This document shows, in pieces, positions 39,408-50,884 of a stretch of 64,000 bases of DNA. The stretch is from an uncultured Verrucomicrobiae bacterium (GTDB taxonomy: Bacteria; Verrucomicrobiota; Verrucomicrobiia; Palsa-1439): the NCBI GenBank assembly GCA_963836315.1, contig CAWIJG010000002.1, positions 1,379,791 through 1,443,790 on the forward strand. The letters run 5' to 3'. A model generated the notes under the pieces. It saw nothing but the letters and a program-made list of their open reading frames with translations. It was not told where the DNA came from and did not search any database. Both the position numbers and the translations under genes were made by a program. Position 1 is the stretch's first letter; the number at the start of each line of letters is the position of its first letter.

Positions 39408-39809
39408 TGGGGCCCGGCCGACAATGACGGCCTGCGCTGCGGAGTAATCCTTGCAGTGGGAGAGGCTGACGAACACCTCCATCACTCCGCGCGCCATGGC
39501 CAATTCGACGCCTTTGCCATGTAGCACGGCGTACGGCTCGCCGCTGTCGCGCTTGCGGATTTCCATGTCCTTCCAACCGAGATGATGACCAATGCCGGTG
39601 CCGAATGCCTTGGAAATCGCTTCCTTTGCCGCGAAACGGGCGGCGAAATGCAGCGCGGGGAATTTCATGCGGTTGCAGTACGCGACTTCCTCGGGCCAGA
39701 AGCAGCGGTTCAGAAACCGCTCACCAAATCTGTCAAGCGAATCCTGAATGCGGGCCGTTTCCACGATATCGACGCCCGTACCGAGAATGTTCGTGCCTTC
39801 GATTTTCAT
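39387..39809 (-). CDS. acpS: holo-[acyl-carrier-protein] synthase
   Basis: [14 protein letters not shown].. and [14 protein letters not shown] motifs are present and the protein is about 140 aa. Its start overlaps the pdxJ stop by 4 nt, the conserved pdxJ-acpS arrangement. Confidence 0.85.
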   Translation of the reverse strand: MKIEGTNILGTGVDIVETARIQDSLDRFGERFLNRCFWPEEVAYCNRMKFPALHFAARFAAKEAISKAFGTGIGHHLGWKDMEIRKRDSGEPYAVLHGKGVELAMARGVMEVFVSLSHCKDYSAAQAVIVGRAPSTGTHQ

Positions 39810-40579
39810 CGCGAGTCGGGCTTCATCAGCGCCAGCATCTCACCGATGGCCTGCCGCAATCCCACGAACACAGCGCGCGCGATGATGGAATGCCCCGTGT
39901 TAAGCGCTTCTAGGTGCGGTACCGCCAGGATCCCGGGCGTATTCTGGTAGTTCAATCCATGTCCTGCATTCACACGCAGTCCGAGCTTGTGGGCCAACGC
40001 GGCGGCCACCTTCAGTTTCTTGATCTCCGCGGCTTCCTCGGCCTCATGGCGCGAATTCGCGTACGCGCCCGTGTGCAATTCGACGAAATCCGCGCCAGCC
40101 TCCGCTGCCGCGCGGATTTGTCGCGCGTCGGGATCCACAAATAAACTGACGGCGATGCCCGCCTTCTTCAATCGCGCCACCGTGTGCGGGAGCGATTTGG
40201 AAGCGCCAGCGACATTCAGCCCGCCCTCGGTGGTAACTTCCTGCCGCTTTTCGGGCACGAGGCACACTTCGTCGGGCCGCACTTCCTCGGCAAAAGCGAC
40301 GATCTCAGGCACGTCGGCCATTTCCAGATTTAGGCGCGCGCGGATGGCCTGTCGAATCAACCGCACGTCGCGTTCTTGGATGTGGCGGCGGTCCTCCCGC
40401 AGGTGGATGGTGACGCCGTGGGCGCCGGCCAGTTCCGCCTCGATTGCGGCCCACATAGGATCCGGTTCCGGGATCGCGCCGGACACCTCGCACAAGTTCC
40501 CAGTTGTGTACCGGGCAAAGCGGTAGCGCGTCTGTCGCAGAGTGGCGACATGATCGATGTTGACGCCGAGCTTGAGCAT
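39806..40579 (-). CDS. pdxJ: pyridoxine 5'-phosphate synthase
   Basis: [13 protein letters not shown].. N-terminus, HLREDRRHI and ELHTGAYA motifs are present. Start at the Met preceding LKLGVNIDH. Confidence 0.9.
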   Translation of the reverse strand: MLKLGVNIDHVATLRQTRYRFARYTTGNLCEVSGAIPEPDPMWAAIEAELAGAHGVTIHLREDRRHIQERDVRLIRQAIRARLNLEMADVPEIVAFAEEVRPDEVCLVPEKRQEVTTEGGLNVAGASKSLPHTVARLKKAGIAVSLFVDPDARQIRAAAEAGADFVELHTGAYANSRHEAEEAAEIKKLKVAAALAHKLGLRVNAGHGLNYQNTPGILAVPHLEALNTGHSIIARAVFVGLRQAIGEMLALMKPDSR

Positions 40580-40673
40580 GCGGACAAGGGTACAGGTTTC
40601 CATGCCTGTCCGCAATACTACACCGCTCAGATAAAGCGGGGCTCCGGCGCGATGTCAGCGGGCGGACGCGACG

Positions 40674-40898
40674 TTAGTTCAAGTTTTCCTGGAGCTGAAG
40701 CGCCTCTTGGACGAATCGGTTCCACCGATCCTGCTTCCAGCCGGGGAAGTGTTTTTGCAGCCACTCCCGCGACGCGCGTTCCCAACCAATGTCCTTGCCC
40801 AACTTTTCGCTTTCGATCCACTTGTATTTCTTAATTTCCTCTTGCTGGGATCGAAAAACATCAGCCAAAGGATCTTGTTTTCTGTGTCGTAACGTCAT
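40674..40898 (-). CDS. small conserved hypothetical protein (Trp-rich, about 74 aa)
   Basis: Compact ORF with good codon usage. W..SE..G.D.GW..A..EW..H...W pattern. No family confidently recognised. Confidence 0.35.
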   Translation of the reverse strand: MTLRHRKQDPLADVFRSQQEEIKKYKWIESEKLGKDIGWERASREWLQKHFPGWKQDRWNRFVQEALQLQENLN

Positions 40899-41072
40899 CT
40901 CTACCCCCCCTCCTTGAGAGGGAAAAACTTGCTCTCACGATAACTCAAAAATTCGCCCTGTCAACTTGTCGCCCGTCACAACTTGGTGGCGTTACAGTTA
41001 CTTAATACCCAACTGCTTGCAGTCAGGGCATTTCACCTTGCCCGGCCGGGGGTTGTTTCGTATTGTTGCCCC

Positions 41073-43847
41073 ATGGCTAAGCAGGGGTATCTCGAAAAGG
41101 TATTGCGACACGCCGAAGAGCGCTTGGTCTTGAAGTCCGGGGCGCGTCCTGCCGAAATCCTCAACGTCTACAAGAAGTTCCTCAAGGTCGAGGAACATCG
41201 CTTACGCCTGTTGCATCGCGCCGGTGAAGGGGGACGCGAAATCGCGCAGGGCCGGGCTCACGTCATGGACGTGGTGTTGTGTCACGTGTTCAAGGCGGCG
41301 GACGAGAATTATCGCCAAACCCATTCCCACGATGCCGTGCCCGTCGCCCTCGTGGCGATTGGCGGCTATGGCCGCGGCGAACTCAGCCCGTACTCCGACA
41401 TCGATATCATGTTTCTGCACGATTCACCGGGCCGCTCCACATCACACCATCCGTACCTCAAAGAGATGGTCGAGCAAGTCCTGTACATGCTTTGGGACGT
41501 CGGCCTCAAAGTCGGCCACTCCACCCGCTCGATTGGCGAGGCGGTCACGCAGGCCAACAAGGACATGCAATCGAAAACCTCCATGATTGAATCACGCCGG
41601 CTCATTGGCAATGAGAAGATTTATGAATCGTTTCGCGAGACCCTTGTTAACGAATGTGTCAAGGGCCACGAAGACGAATACATTGCGGCGCGCATTGAGG
41701 ATCAGAAGGTGCGTCATGAGAAATTCGGCGACACGGTTTACCTGCAGGAACCAAATGTGAAGGGCGGTTGCGGCGGACTGCGTGACTTTCAGAACCTGAT
41801 CTGGATGGCGTTTTTCAAGTACAGCTGTCGGGAACTTTCAGAATTGCGGGAGCGCGGCTTTCTCGAATCAACGGAACAACGCCAACTCGAGTCGGCGTAC
41901 GACTTCGTCCTGCGCGTCCGCAATTCGATGCACTACATGACCAATCGCGCCTGCGACATCATCGGTCTCGGACTGCAGCCGCAAATCGCCACCGAATTCG
42001 GCTACCGTCAGCACGACCTGCTGCGGCGCACGGAAGCGTTCATGCGCGACTATTACAGGCACTCCCGCAATATCTTTTTGCTCACGAACGCGCTGGCCGA
42101 CCGGATGGCGCTCAAGCCGTCGAAACCATCGCGACTCGGCGCACTGCTTCGCCGCTCACGCAAGGAAGAAAAGCTGGACGGGTTTGTGATTCGCGACGGC
42201 CTGATTTCCGCAGGCGAGCCGACGATTTTCCGGCAAGACCCGTTGCGCCTGATTCGACTGTTCCGCTACCTGCAACAACGCGACATCGAGCTTAGCCCCG
42301 AGTTGCGGTCGCAGATTCGGCAGAACCTGAAACTGGTTGACCGCTCGTTCCAGTGCTCACCAGAAGCGCGTGACACGTTTTTGGGGATCATGCAGCACAA
42401 GGGACAGGTCGCCCGCATCCTGCGCCAGATGCACGAGGTGGAATTCCTTGGCAAGTATGTTCCGGAATTTGGCCGTCTCACGTGTCTGGTCCAGCACGAG
42501 TTCTTTCACCGCTACACGGCGGATGAACACACCATCCAGGTGATCGAACACCTCGACCGCATCATCGACGCAACCGAACCGCCGCATGCCAACTACAAGA
42601 AGATTTTCCAGAAACTCGAGCGTCCGCACGTGCTCTACCTCGCGCTGCTGCTGCACGATGTCGGCAAAGCCGCCAACGTTGACCATCATGCCGAAGCCAG
42701 TCTGGAAATGACTCGCAAAGTCGCCCAGCGCTTGCGCTTGGGCGCCGATGAAACCGCCCAGTTGCAGTTCCTCGTGCGCGATCACCTCAAACTGTCGATG
42801 CTCTCCCAGCGACGCGACCTCGACGACCAGGCAACAATCGACGCGACGGCACGCATTGTGAAGGATGAGGTCAACCTCGACACATTGATGCTGCTCACCT
42901 TTGCGGACGCGGCTGGGACCAGCATCAAGACGTGGACGGAATGGAAGGAAGCGCTGCTCTGGGAGCTGTATCGGCGCACCGCCCAAACGCTCTCGGGTGC
43001 CGAGCGCGCCCGAGACATACTCTCCCGCCGCATTGAGCAACTCTACGGACAGGTGAGTGCCGAGCTTAAGGGCCAATTACCTCTCGAAGAGATCTATTCA
43101 CATTTCGAACTGATGCCGGCGAGCTACTACATCAATACGAGCGCGGCAGAAATCACGCGCCACCTGATGGTCATTCACCGCTTCCTGGCACGGCAACTCG
43201 AAGTCGAGGAAGCCGAGGACGCGCTCGTGCCGGTCGTCGACTGGCAATCGTTCCCCGCCCAGAGCTATTCGCAGATGTCGATCTGCACATGGGATCGGCT
43301 TGGACTGTTCTCGAAAATCTGCGGGTCACTCGCCTCCGCGGAATTGAACATCCTGCGCGCCAACATCTACACGAGGGGCGACCACGTTGTCCTCGACGTC
43401 TTCGACGTCTGTGACAAGGACCTCACGGCGGTGACCGACCAACGCGCAATTCAGACGGCCGAGGGGACGCTGGAACGGATGTTGAGCAATCGCGAGAAGG
43501 TCGAACTGCACGACGTGCTAAAGCGCCTGCGCACAATTCGAGGTGAGACCCCGAAGATTCGCGAAGTGCGCATACCGACGGTTATCAACTTCGATAATGA
43601 CATCAGCAAAGGCCGCACCATCGTCGAAATCCAGACCGAGGACCGTCTCGGCCTCCTCTACGCGATTACCCACACGCTTAGCGAACTCGGTCTCGACATC
43701 AGCTTTGCCAAGGTTTCCACGGAAAAAGGCGCGGCCATCGACACGTTCTACGTGCAGGACCAGCTCGGCAACAAGATTACCGACTCTGCTCGGTTGGCCG
43801 CCATCCGCTCCAAACTTGAAATGGCCATCCATCTTCTGGCGAATTGA
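41073..43847 (+). CDS. glnD: [protein-PII] uridylyltransferase/uridylyl-removing enzyme
   Basis: Nucleotidyltransferase motif GGYGRGELSPYSDIDIMFLH, HD domain (HDVGK), and two C-terminal ACT domains are present. Start at the Met with the conserved N-terminal helix. Confidence 0.85.
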   Translation: MAKQGYLEKVLRHAEERLVLKSGARPAEILNVYKKFLKVEEHRLRLLHRAGEGGREIAQGRAHVMDVVLCHVFKAADENYRQTHSHDAVPVALVAIGGYGRGELSPYSDIDIMFLHDSPGRSTSHHPYLKEMVEQVLYMLWDVGLKVGHSTRSIGEAVTQANKDMQSKTSMIESRRLIGNEKIYESFRETLVNECVKGHEDEYIAARIEDQKVRHEKFGDTVYLQEPNVKGGCGGLRDFQNLIWMAFFKYSCRELSELRERGFLESTEQRQLESAYDFVLRVRNSMHYMTNRACDIIGLGLQPQIATEFGYRQHDLLRRTEAFMRDYYRHSRNIFLLTNALADRMALKPSKPSRLGALLRRSRKEEKLDGFVIRDGLISAGEPTIFRQDPLRLIRLFRYLQQRDIELSPELRSQIRQNLKLVDRSFQCSPEARDTFLGIMQHKGQVARILRQMHEVEFLGKYVPEFGRLTCLVQHEFFHRYTADEHTIQVIEHLDRIIDATEPPHANYKKIFQKLERPHVLYLALLLHDVGKAANVDHHAEASLEMTRKVAQRLRLGADETAQLQFLVRDHLKLSMLSQRRDLDDQATIDATARIVKDEVNLDTLMLLTFADAAGTSIKTWTEWKEALLWELYRRTAQTLSGAERARDILSRRIEQLYGQVSAELKGQLPLEEIYSHFELMPASYYINTSAAEITRHLMVIHRFLARQLEVEEAEDALVPVVDWQSFPAQSYSQMSICTWDRLGLFSKICGSLASAELNILRANIYTRGDHVVLDVFDVCDKDLTAVTDQRAIQTAEGTLERMLSNREKVELHDVLKRLRTIRGETPKIREVRIPTVINFDNDISKGRTIVEIQTEDRLGLLYAITHTLSELGLDISFAKVSTEKGAAIDTFYVQDQLGNKITDSARLAAIRSKLEMAIHLLAN

Positions 43848-45559
43848 CCATGCCCCGCGCCTCGACGTCACAGGAACGCAAGCTCCGCCAGTTCGAAGTT
43901 CTGGCTCGCGTCAGCGGCGTCATCAATTCCTCGCTTGATCCGAAAGAGGTTCTCAATCGCGTTCTCGCTGAGGCTGCGCGCGTTATGCAGGCGACCAGCG
44001 GGTCGCTGGTGTTTATCGACCCCCACACACAACTCCTCCAGATTGAAGTCGCCATCGGCCTGAGCAAACGAGCGCAGCAAACAAAACTCGCCATCGGCCG
44101 CGGCGTTACGGGCTGGGTGGCGAAGATGGGCAAGCCGTTGCGTGTCCCGGATGTCACGGCCGATCCGCGCTACATTTCGGTCCGCAAGGACATCCGTAGC
44201 GAATTGGCCGTCCCGCTGCTTGTCGAGGGCACGTTGATCGGGGTGCTGAACGTTGACTCCACACGACGCAACGCCTTCAGCGCCGAAGACGAGGATCTCC
44301 TTGTTGCCATTGCCGATCAATCCGCCCAGGTCATCCAAAATTCCTGGCTCTACCAGGCCGTAGCCCACAACGCCCGTCAACTCGAATCGCTCTTCTCTGT
44401 TGCCCAGTCAGTCATTTCCTCGCTTAACCTGCAGGAGATCCTCCAGCGCGTCACTCGCGATGCGTGCCGCTTGATGGACACGAAGGTCTGTTCACTCATG
44501 CTGCTCAACCCGACGCGTGACCTGTTGGAGCTTCATGCCTGCCACGGCGCTGGAGACGAGTACCTGAGTAAGCCGCCGTTGCCGGTAGCCGATAGCCTGG
44601 TCGGCTTCGTGGTCCGTCGCCGCAAGCCGCTCCACGTCTACAATGTGCAAGAGCACGACGAGTATCGGCATACCGAAATGGCGCGCAAGGAAGGATTGGT
44701 CTCGCTGCTCTCCGTGCCGATGACCGTCGTGGAAACTGCCATCGGCGCGCTCACGGTGTACACCACTGTGCCGTATCACTATTCGAACCAGGATGTAAAA
44801 ATCCTTTCCGCACTGGCCAATCTCGCAGCCATCGCCATCGAAAACGCCCGGCTTCATGAGAAGATCGTCGATGTTGAAGAACAACTGCGCCGCAACGAGC
44901 GGCTCAGCACGCTCGGTCTTCTCGCGGCCGAGGTCGCCCACGAGATTCGCAATCCACTCACAGTAATGAAAATGCTCTTTCACTCGCTCGACCTGAGATT
45001 CCCGCCCGACGACCCCCGCGCGCGAGACGCGGAAGTCATGTCGGAGAAAATGGATCACCTGAATAAGATCGTCGACCATCTTCTGGGCTACGCGCGTTCC
45101 ACTGAACCAACATTTGAACTGGTGGATGTGAATGAACTGCTCGCCGACGTTTTGTTACTGACCCGACAGAAGCTCCAACACCAGAAGATTGAGTTGGTGA
45201 GGAAACTGGGCGATGGGTTGCCGAAGGTTCGCGCGGATCGCGGCCAGATCGAGCAAGCGTGCCTGAACCTTATTCTTAACGCGGCCGATGCCATGTCGGC
45301 GGGCGGGAAACTGACCGTCTCGTCGGCAATTCATCGGGGGCCATCGACGGCGGTGGTGCTATCGTTCACGGATACCGGCCTGGGCATGGCGCCGGAAAAA
45401 CAAAAGCAAATCTTCGAGCCGTTTCTCACTACGAAATCTCACGGGACCGGTCTCGGCTTGGCCATTGTCCAGAAAATAATCGAGGCCCACCGTGGGAAAA
45501 TTGAAGTCGACAGCAGGCCCAAAAGAGGGACAACGTTCCGGATTCTACTCCCAACCTGA
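43844..45559 (+). CDS. sensor histidine kinase with two GAF domains (cytoplasmic)
   Basis: Two GAF domains, HisKA (AHEIRNPLT) and HATPase_c (N, G1 DTGLGM, G2 GTGLGLAI) boxes are present. Start overlaps the glnD stop (ATGA). Confidence 0.8.
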   Translation: MTMPRASTSQERKLRQFEVLARVSGVINSSLDPKEVLNRVLAEAARVMQATSGSLVFIDPHTQLLQIEVAIGLSKRAQQTKLAIGRGVTGWVAKMGKPLRVPDVTADPRYISVRKDIRSELAVPLLVEGTLIGVLNVDSTRRNAFSAEDEDLLVAIADQSAQVIQNSWLYQAVAHNARQLESLFSVAQSVISSLNLQEILQRVTRDACRLMDTKVCSLMLLNPTRDLLELHACHGAGDEYLSKPPLPVADSLVGFVVRRRKPLHVYNVQEHDEYRHTEMARKEGLVSLLSVPMTVVETAIGALTVYTTVPYHYSNQDVKILSALANLAAIAIENARLHEKIVDVEEQLRRNERLSTLGLLAAEVAHEIRNPLTVMKMLFHSLDLRFPPDDPRARDAEVMSEKMDHLNKIVDHLLGYARSTEPTFELVDVNELLADVLLLTRQKLQHQKIELVRKLGDGLPKVRADRGQIEQACLNLILNAADAMSAGGKLTVSSAIHRGPSTAVVLSFTDTGLGMAPEKQKQIFEPFLTTKSHGTGLGLAIVQKIIEAHRGKIEVDSRPKRGTTFRILLPT

Positions 45560-45649
45560 GAGCGTTCTCGTTGCGCTTCGTTGGCCGCACCGAAGGCTTT
45601 CGTGGCGGGGAGAGCACCCGGGGTCACACCGCCGGCCGCCCATGAAACC

Positions 45650-47938
45650 CTACTGTTTTGGCGCTCCACCGGCTTCGGGCACGGTGGGCTTCTCGGATAG
45701 TTTCTTCAACAAGGCTTCGAGTTGGGGGTCCGGGGGCGCGCCAAGATCGAGAGCCTTCTCGTAGTGGTAGCGCGCCAGTTCAACGTTTGGCGTGCGTTGC
45801 TTGGCGAACACGACAGCGAGGTTGAAATGCGCATCGGCATACTGCGGGTTGATCTCGATCGCCCGGCGAATCTCCTCTTCGCCCGAAGCCGCCCAGCCTT
45901 TCTGGCTGAGAACGATGCCGAGGTAATTATGCGCTTCGGCATTGTGTGGATCGAGTGCGACTGCCCGATTCAGCTCGGTGTACGAGTCCTCGATCAGCCC
46001 TTTGCGGAAGAAAACCACTCCGAGCAAGGAGCGGGTGGTGCTGTCGTTCGGCGCGGCCGAGACCGCTTTGCGCAAATACTGTTCGGCTTCATTCAGCCGG
46101 TTCTGCTGGTAGCGGACCGCACCGAGGCCGGAAAGAGCAACGACGTTCGTCGGATCCATTTCGAGCACGGCGAGGTACTTTGCCGAGGCGGTATCCAGAG
46201 CCTTCAATGCGAGCGCGGCGCGGCCTTGATTGAGTAGTTGACGCACGTCCGCCGCGGGAGGAGGTGGAGCGGGCGCCACCGTGGGTGTTCCGCTGGCCTT
46301 CGGTTTCGGTGCTGGTGCTGGCGCCTTTACGGTTTCCTTTATTGGCGCAGGAGAAGGCGCTGGCGGTGTGCTCTTCTTCTCTGTCGCCGCAGGCTTGGCA
46401 GGCGCGTTTGTCTGTGTTTTGGCCGGCGTGACAACAATCTTTTCCGGTGTTGGCGGCGGCTCGGTCTTCTTGGGAGAAGTCAACGTGGCGACCAGTTTGC
46501 CGCGGCCCGACTCTTCCATCGCGGAGGGGGGCGGCTGTGGTTGTGGCTTGGATTCTTCCGTCTTGGGTTGCTGCTTGGCTACCGTTTGCGGTCGCGCATG
46601 AGGACGCCAGCCGCGAAGCTCGGGTATGGACGGGCCGCCGCCCGCGCTCTCTTCAGCTTCTGTGGGAGCAATGGACGCCGAGGCTTTGCGTTCGGCGATG
46701 ATGCGCAGCAGCGCGTTTTCCTTCCGCAACTGGCGGATGATCTCGTCATCCTTGTCGCTGGCGGCCTTGGCGGAAGAAAGCTTCTTGTTCGCATCGGTGA
46801 GTTGGGCGATGACCTGCTCGTAGGAATGGCGCATCTCCGCGTTGTCGGCCTGTGCCTTTTCGAGCGCCTGCTTGGTCGTATCCAACTGGACCCTCGTATC
46901 CTGAAGTTCTTCCTTCGCGTGCTGCAATTCACCGCGGGTCTGGGCGAGTTCCGTACGTAATTGCTCCACCTCGGACGGTTGGGCGGGTGCGACTGGCGCG
47001 GGTGCGACTGGCGCAGGGACGGCCGCCGCCGCGACGCGTTCGCGCGCTTCGGCGATCTGGGTTTGTACGGTGGCGAGCTTCGCGGCGAGATCCTGGTTCA
47101 TCTTGAGAAGCTCTTCAATCTGCGGGTTCGTCTGCGTCGGAGCGACCTTGCCGAGCTGCTCCTGAAGTTTGGCATTCAATTCATTGCGGGCCTCTTCCAA
47201 CTGGTGAACCTGCTCGCGGGCTCGTTGTAACTCGGCAGTCAATTGCTTGACCGTGTCATTCTCGACCGTCGGCACAGGCGCGGCAGGTGTTGGGGGCGTG
47301 GTGGGAGCCGGTGGTGTTTCGACCATGGCAGGCACGGCGGAAGTGACGGGAGGCGCGGTAGTCGCGGGCGCTTCTGGTGTGGCAGGCACAACAGGCGCAG
47401 GCGGTGCTTCAACCGTGGTAGGCACGGCAGGGGTCGCGGGAGCCGGTAGTGCTTCAGGTGCCGCAGGCGCTGCCGGCGCGGCAGGCGTTACGGACGTAGC
47501 CGGAGAGGGTGGCGTCTCGGGTGTGGCCGGTGTTGCCTGTGCGGGAGGTGGAACGGGTGTCGCAGGCGTAAGAGGCGCTTCCACTTGGGGCGACGGCTTC
47601 TCGGGAGCTGGTGGTGTCGGTTGCGGCTCCGCAGGGGCGGCCGGCGCAGGCGTCGGTTTCAGTGCGGCAAGATGTTCGTTGATGTACTTGGTGCGGAACT
47701 CGATGATATGCGGATTCCAATCAGGAGATTGTGCCTTGATCTCGGAGAGAATTTCCAGCGCTGCGTTGTACTTTGCGACGGCCTTGATCGCATCGGCTTG
47801 ACGCTCGGCAGTGTCACCCTCCTGAATGAGAAAGTACGCTTCGAGGAATTTATCGCCCGGATCGTCAACCGCCCAGACGCTGGCTACACGACAAAACTGT
47901 AGCGCAAACAAGACGCACACGAGAAAGGTCTTCTTCAT
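45650..47938 (-). CDS. TPR-repeat protein with long Pro/Ala/Thr-rich linkers and a central coiled coil, secreted
   Basis: Signal peptide MKKTFLVCVLFALQFCRVASVWA. TPR units occur at both termini. A PAxxP-type low-complexity region of about 150 aa and a heptad-rich segment (LTAELQRAREQVHQLEEARNELNAKLQEQ..) are present. Start at the Met before the signal peptide. Confidence 0.7.
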   Translation of the reverse strand: MKKTFLVCVLFALQFCRVASVWAVDDPGDKFLEAYFLIQEGDTAERQADAIKAVAKYNAALEILSEIKAQSPDWNPHIIEFRTKYINEHLAALKPTPAPAAPAEPQPTPPAPEKPSPQVEAPLTPATPVPPPAQATPATPETPPSPATSVTPAAPAAPAAPEALPAPATPAVPTTVEAPPAPVVPATPEAPATTAPPVTSAVPAMVETPPAPTTPPTPAAPVPTVENDTVKQLTAELQRAREQVHQLEEARNELNAKLQEQLGKVAPTQTNPQIEELLKMNQDLAAKLATVQTQIAEARERVAAAAVPAPVAPAPVAPAQPSEVEQLRTELAQTRGELQHAKEELQDTRVQLDTTKQALEKAQADNAEMRHSYEQVIAQLTDANKKLSSAKAASDKDDEIIRQLRKENALLRIIAERKASASIAPTEAEESAGGGPSIPELRGWRPHARPQTVAKQQPKTEESKPQPQPPPSAMEESGRGKLVATLTSPKKTEPPPTPEKIVVTPAKTQTNAPAKPAATEKKSTPPAPSPAPIKETVKAPAPAPKPKASGTPTVAPAPPPPAADVRQLLNQGRAALALKALDTASAKYLAVLEMDPTNVVALSGLGAVRYQQNRLNEAEQYLRKAVSAAPNDSTTRSLLGVVFFRKGLIEDSYTELNRAVALDPHNAEAHNYLGIVLSQKGWAASGEEEIRRAIEINPQYADAHFNLAVVFAKQRTPNVELARYHYEKALDLGAPPDPQLEALLKKLSEKPTVPEAGGAPKQ

Positions 47939-48021
47939 CGCGCGGGACTGTAACGAAAAGCCTTTGGATTTGCAATGGTCGTATATGTGCACAGTTGCAT
48001 TAATGCCGTCATAGCAGCACA

Positions 48022-48820
48022 ATGCGTACCCAGATCATGAATCCGATTCAACGTGCGGCCCAGCAACAATTTGACCGCCAGAGTGACCACTACGGCCAGG
48101 GGCATATTTTATCGGACGTGTCCGATGTCCGAGATGCGCTGAAGCGGTTGGTATGGCTGAGACCTGGTTTGGCCCTCGATGTTGCCACTGGCGCAGGACA
48201 TACGGGGCTTTGCTTGGCAAACGCTGGCTGGCAGGTCACCCCTTGCCGATATTTCCACCGCGATGCTTGAGCGCGCCGCCGCCAGCGCGCGCGAGCGAGG
48301 GTTCCGCGTCGAAACGCGGCAACATACTGCCGAATCTTTTCCATACCCGGACAACACGTTCGACCTTGTGACGTGCCGCGTGGCTGCCCATCACTTCAGC
48401 GATCCAGCCGCGTTCGTGCGTGAAACCGTCCGTGTCCTCAGACCCGGTGGTGCACTCCTTCTAATCGACGGCTCCATCGAGGACAACCAGCCTGTCGCGG
48501 AGGAATGGATCCATACCGCCGAGAAACTTCGCGACCCGAGTCATCACCGATTTCTGAGTCGGGGGAGTTGGATGCGGCTTTGTGAGGAGGCTGGCTTACG
48601 GGTCGTGTTCTCAGAACTTCAACCGTTCAAACAGCCGGACTTGAATTGGTATTTCGATACCGCCGGCACTCCGCCTGAAAACCGCGCCAAAGTTCTCGAA
48701 CTGATTCACCACGCACCTCCTGAAGCCCGTACACTCTTTCGCCTTGGCGAAGAAGACGGCAAAACCGTCTGGTGGTGGCAGCGCCTGGTGTTGGCGGCCC
48801 AACGGCCAACAAATCGCTAA
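48022..48820 (+). pseudogene. class I SAM-dependent methyltransferase (type 11), interrupted by frameshift
   Basis: Frame 1 carries motif I (ALDVATGAGHTGLCLANAGWQVT) and then stops at 48270. The +1 frame continues ADISTAMLERAAASARERGF..PYPDNTFDLVTCRVAAHHF..VLRPGGALLLID. The frames switch at a CCCC run at 48239-48242. Confidence 0.65.
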
Positions 48821-48841
48821 ATCGAATCTGTGCGTGCCGGC

Positions 48842-50884
48842 CTAACCCGCAAGTAGAGTCTTCGCAACGTGGTAGACGTTCTCCGTGGTGAACCCAAAGT
48901 GCTTCATCACGTCTTTAACCGGTGCCGACGCGCCGAATCCGTCGCGACCGACCACCGCGCCGTCCAAGCCCACATACTTCTGCCAACCCGACGTCACACC
49001 CGCTTCGACGGCCAGACGTTTGCGCACGGACGATGGCAGCACGCGTTCCCGATATTCGGGTGGTTGGCGATCAAAAATTTCCCACGACGGCATGCTGACG
49101 ATCCGCGCTTTCACGCCATCCGCCTTCAGTTTTTCGCCGGCATCGGCACACCACTGCAACTCCGAGCCGGTGCCGATGAGGATGATGTCTGGTTGTCCCT
49201 GGCAATCGCTGAGGATGTACGCGCCCTGACGCAGGCCGGACGCCGGCGCGTACTTCGCGCGATCGAGAGTCGGTACCGCCTGTCGGGTAAGGGCAAGCAC
49301 GATGGGGTGCTTCTTCTCCTCCATCATTACCCGCCAGGCTTCGGCAACTTCATTGGCGTCGCCGGGGCGGATGACGATCATATGCGGGATGGCTCGCAGT
49401 GACATGATCTGCTCGACGGGCTGATGCGTGGGCCCGTCTTCGCCGACGCCGATGCTGTCGTGAGTAAAAATGTGAAGCGCCGGCAACTCCATGACCGCAC
49501 CCAGCCGAATCGAGCCGCGCGCGTAGTCGGAGAAGATCAAGAAGCCCGCGCCGTACGCGCGAAGTTTGCTAAGCACCATGCCGTTGACGATGCCGGCCAT
49601 CGCGTGCTCGCGCACGCCAAAGTGGAAGTTGCGGCCGCTGTACGACCCCTTCTCGAAATTGGCGGCATTGGCGATCAGGGTCTTGGTGGACGGCGCGAGG
49701 TCGGCGGCTCCACCGAGCAACCACGGGACATTCTTGGCGACGGCATTAAGCACTTTGCTACTGGATTCGCGCGTGGCCAGGCCTTTCGGATCGGCGGGGA
49801 AGCTCGGAATGTCCTTGTCCCAGCCTGCAGGCAACTCGCGGTTCTGGATTTGCTTCCACTCGGCGGCGAGGGCTGGATTCGCCGTCCCATACGCGTCGAA
49901 TTTCGCCTGCCATTCTTTTTCCAGCTTTCGCCCGCGGCGGAATTGCTTGAGCATGTGCTTGGCGACTTCGTCCGGCACGAAGAATTTCGCATCGGGCGGC
50001 CAGCCGTAACGCTCTTTGGTCTTGCGAATCTCCTCTTCCCCGAGCGGTTCGCCGTGCGCGCCGGCTGTGTCCTGCTTCGTAGGCGCACCGTAGCCGATAT
50101 GGCTGTCGACGACGATAAACGAAGGTTTCTCAGTTTGCTTGATTGCCCGTTTGATGGCACGGTTGATCGTCTTGAGATCATTGGCGTCGGTGACATGCTG
50201 AACAAACCAGCCGTACGCCTTGAATCGCGCCGCGACATCCTCGCTAAACGCAAGTGAGGTCTTGCCCTCGATGGTGATTTTGTTGTTGTCGTAAAACCAC
50301 AGCAGCTTGTGCAGGCCGAGGTGCGCGGCGAGCGAAGCGGCCTCCGAACAAATGCCCTCCATCATGTCGCCGTCACCGCCGATGGCGTACGTGCGGTAAT
50401 TGACAATTTCATGGCCGTCACGGTTGAATCGTTCGGCGAGCCATCGTTCGGCGATGGCCATGCCGACGGAATTGGTGAATCCCTGCCCCAGCGGTCCGGT
50501 CGTCGTTTCCACACCGGCAGTGAGGCCGTATTCGGGATGACCAGGCGTGCGGCTGCCCAATTGACGGAAGCGCTCCAGTTCGCTCATGGGCAAATCGTAG
50601 CCGGTCAGGTGCAGCAGGCTGTACAACATCATCGAACCGTGCCCGCCCGACAACACAAACCGATCGCGGTTCGGCCACTGGGGATTCTCCGGGTTGTGTC
50701 GGAGGAATTTCTCCCAGAGCCAGTATGCGACGGGCGCCAGCCCCATCGGCGCGCCGGGATGGCCTGAGTTCGCCTTCTGCACGCCGTCCATCGCGAGTGT
50801 GCGAATGGTGTCGATGCATAGCTGGTCAAGCAGCTTGGTTTGCGGATGATCCAACGTTACTTCGAAAGTCGCTGATGTCGTCAT
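48842..50884 (-). CDS. tkt: transketolase
   Basis: TPP-binding N-terminus (..[14 protein letters not shown]..), the GDGDMMEG motif and the transketolase pyrimidine and C-terminal domains are present. Start at the Met with a GGAGA SD. Confidence 0.9.
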   Translation of the reverse strand: MTTSATFEVTLDHPQTKLLDQLCIDTIRTLAMDGVQKANSGHPGAPMGLAPVAYWLWEKFLRHNPENPQWPNRDRFVLSGGHGSMMLYSLLHLTGYDLPMSELERFRQLGSRTPGHPEYGLTAGVETTTGPLGQGFTNSVGMAIAERWLAERFNRDGHEIVNYRTYAIGGDGDMMEGICSEAASLAAHLGLHKLLWFYDNNKITIEGKTSLAFSEDVAARFKAYGWFVQHVTDANDLKTINRAIKRAIKQTEKPSFIVVDSHIGYGAPTKQDTAGAHGEPLGEEEIRKTKERYGWPPDAKFFVPDEVAKHMLKQFRRGRKLEKEWQAKFDAYGTANPALAAEWKQIQNRELPAGWDKDIPSFPADPKGLATRESSSKVLNAVAKNVPWLLGGAADLAPSTKTLIANAANFEKGSYSGRNFHFGVREHAMAGIVNGMVLSKLRAYGAGFLIFSDYARGSIRLGAVMELPALHIFTHDSIGVGEDGPTHQPVEQIMSLRAIPHMIVIRPGDANEVAEAWRVMMEEKKHPIVLALTRQAVPTLDRAKYAPASGLRQGAYILSDCQGQPDIILIGTGSELQWCADAGEKLKADGVKARIVSMPSWEIFDRQPPEYRERVLPSSVRKRLAVEAGVTSGWQKYVGLDGAVVGRDGFGASAPVKDVMKHFGFTTENVYHVAKTLLAG

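Noticed and set aside
46238-47801. 240-aa and 184-aa plus-strand ORFs
   Set aside because: Antisense to the Pro-rich region of the TPR protein. Gly/Arg-rich repeats mirror the PAxxP codons.
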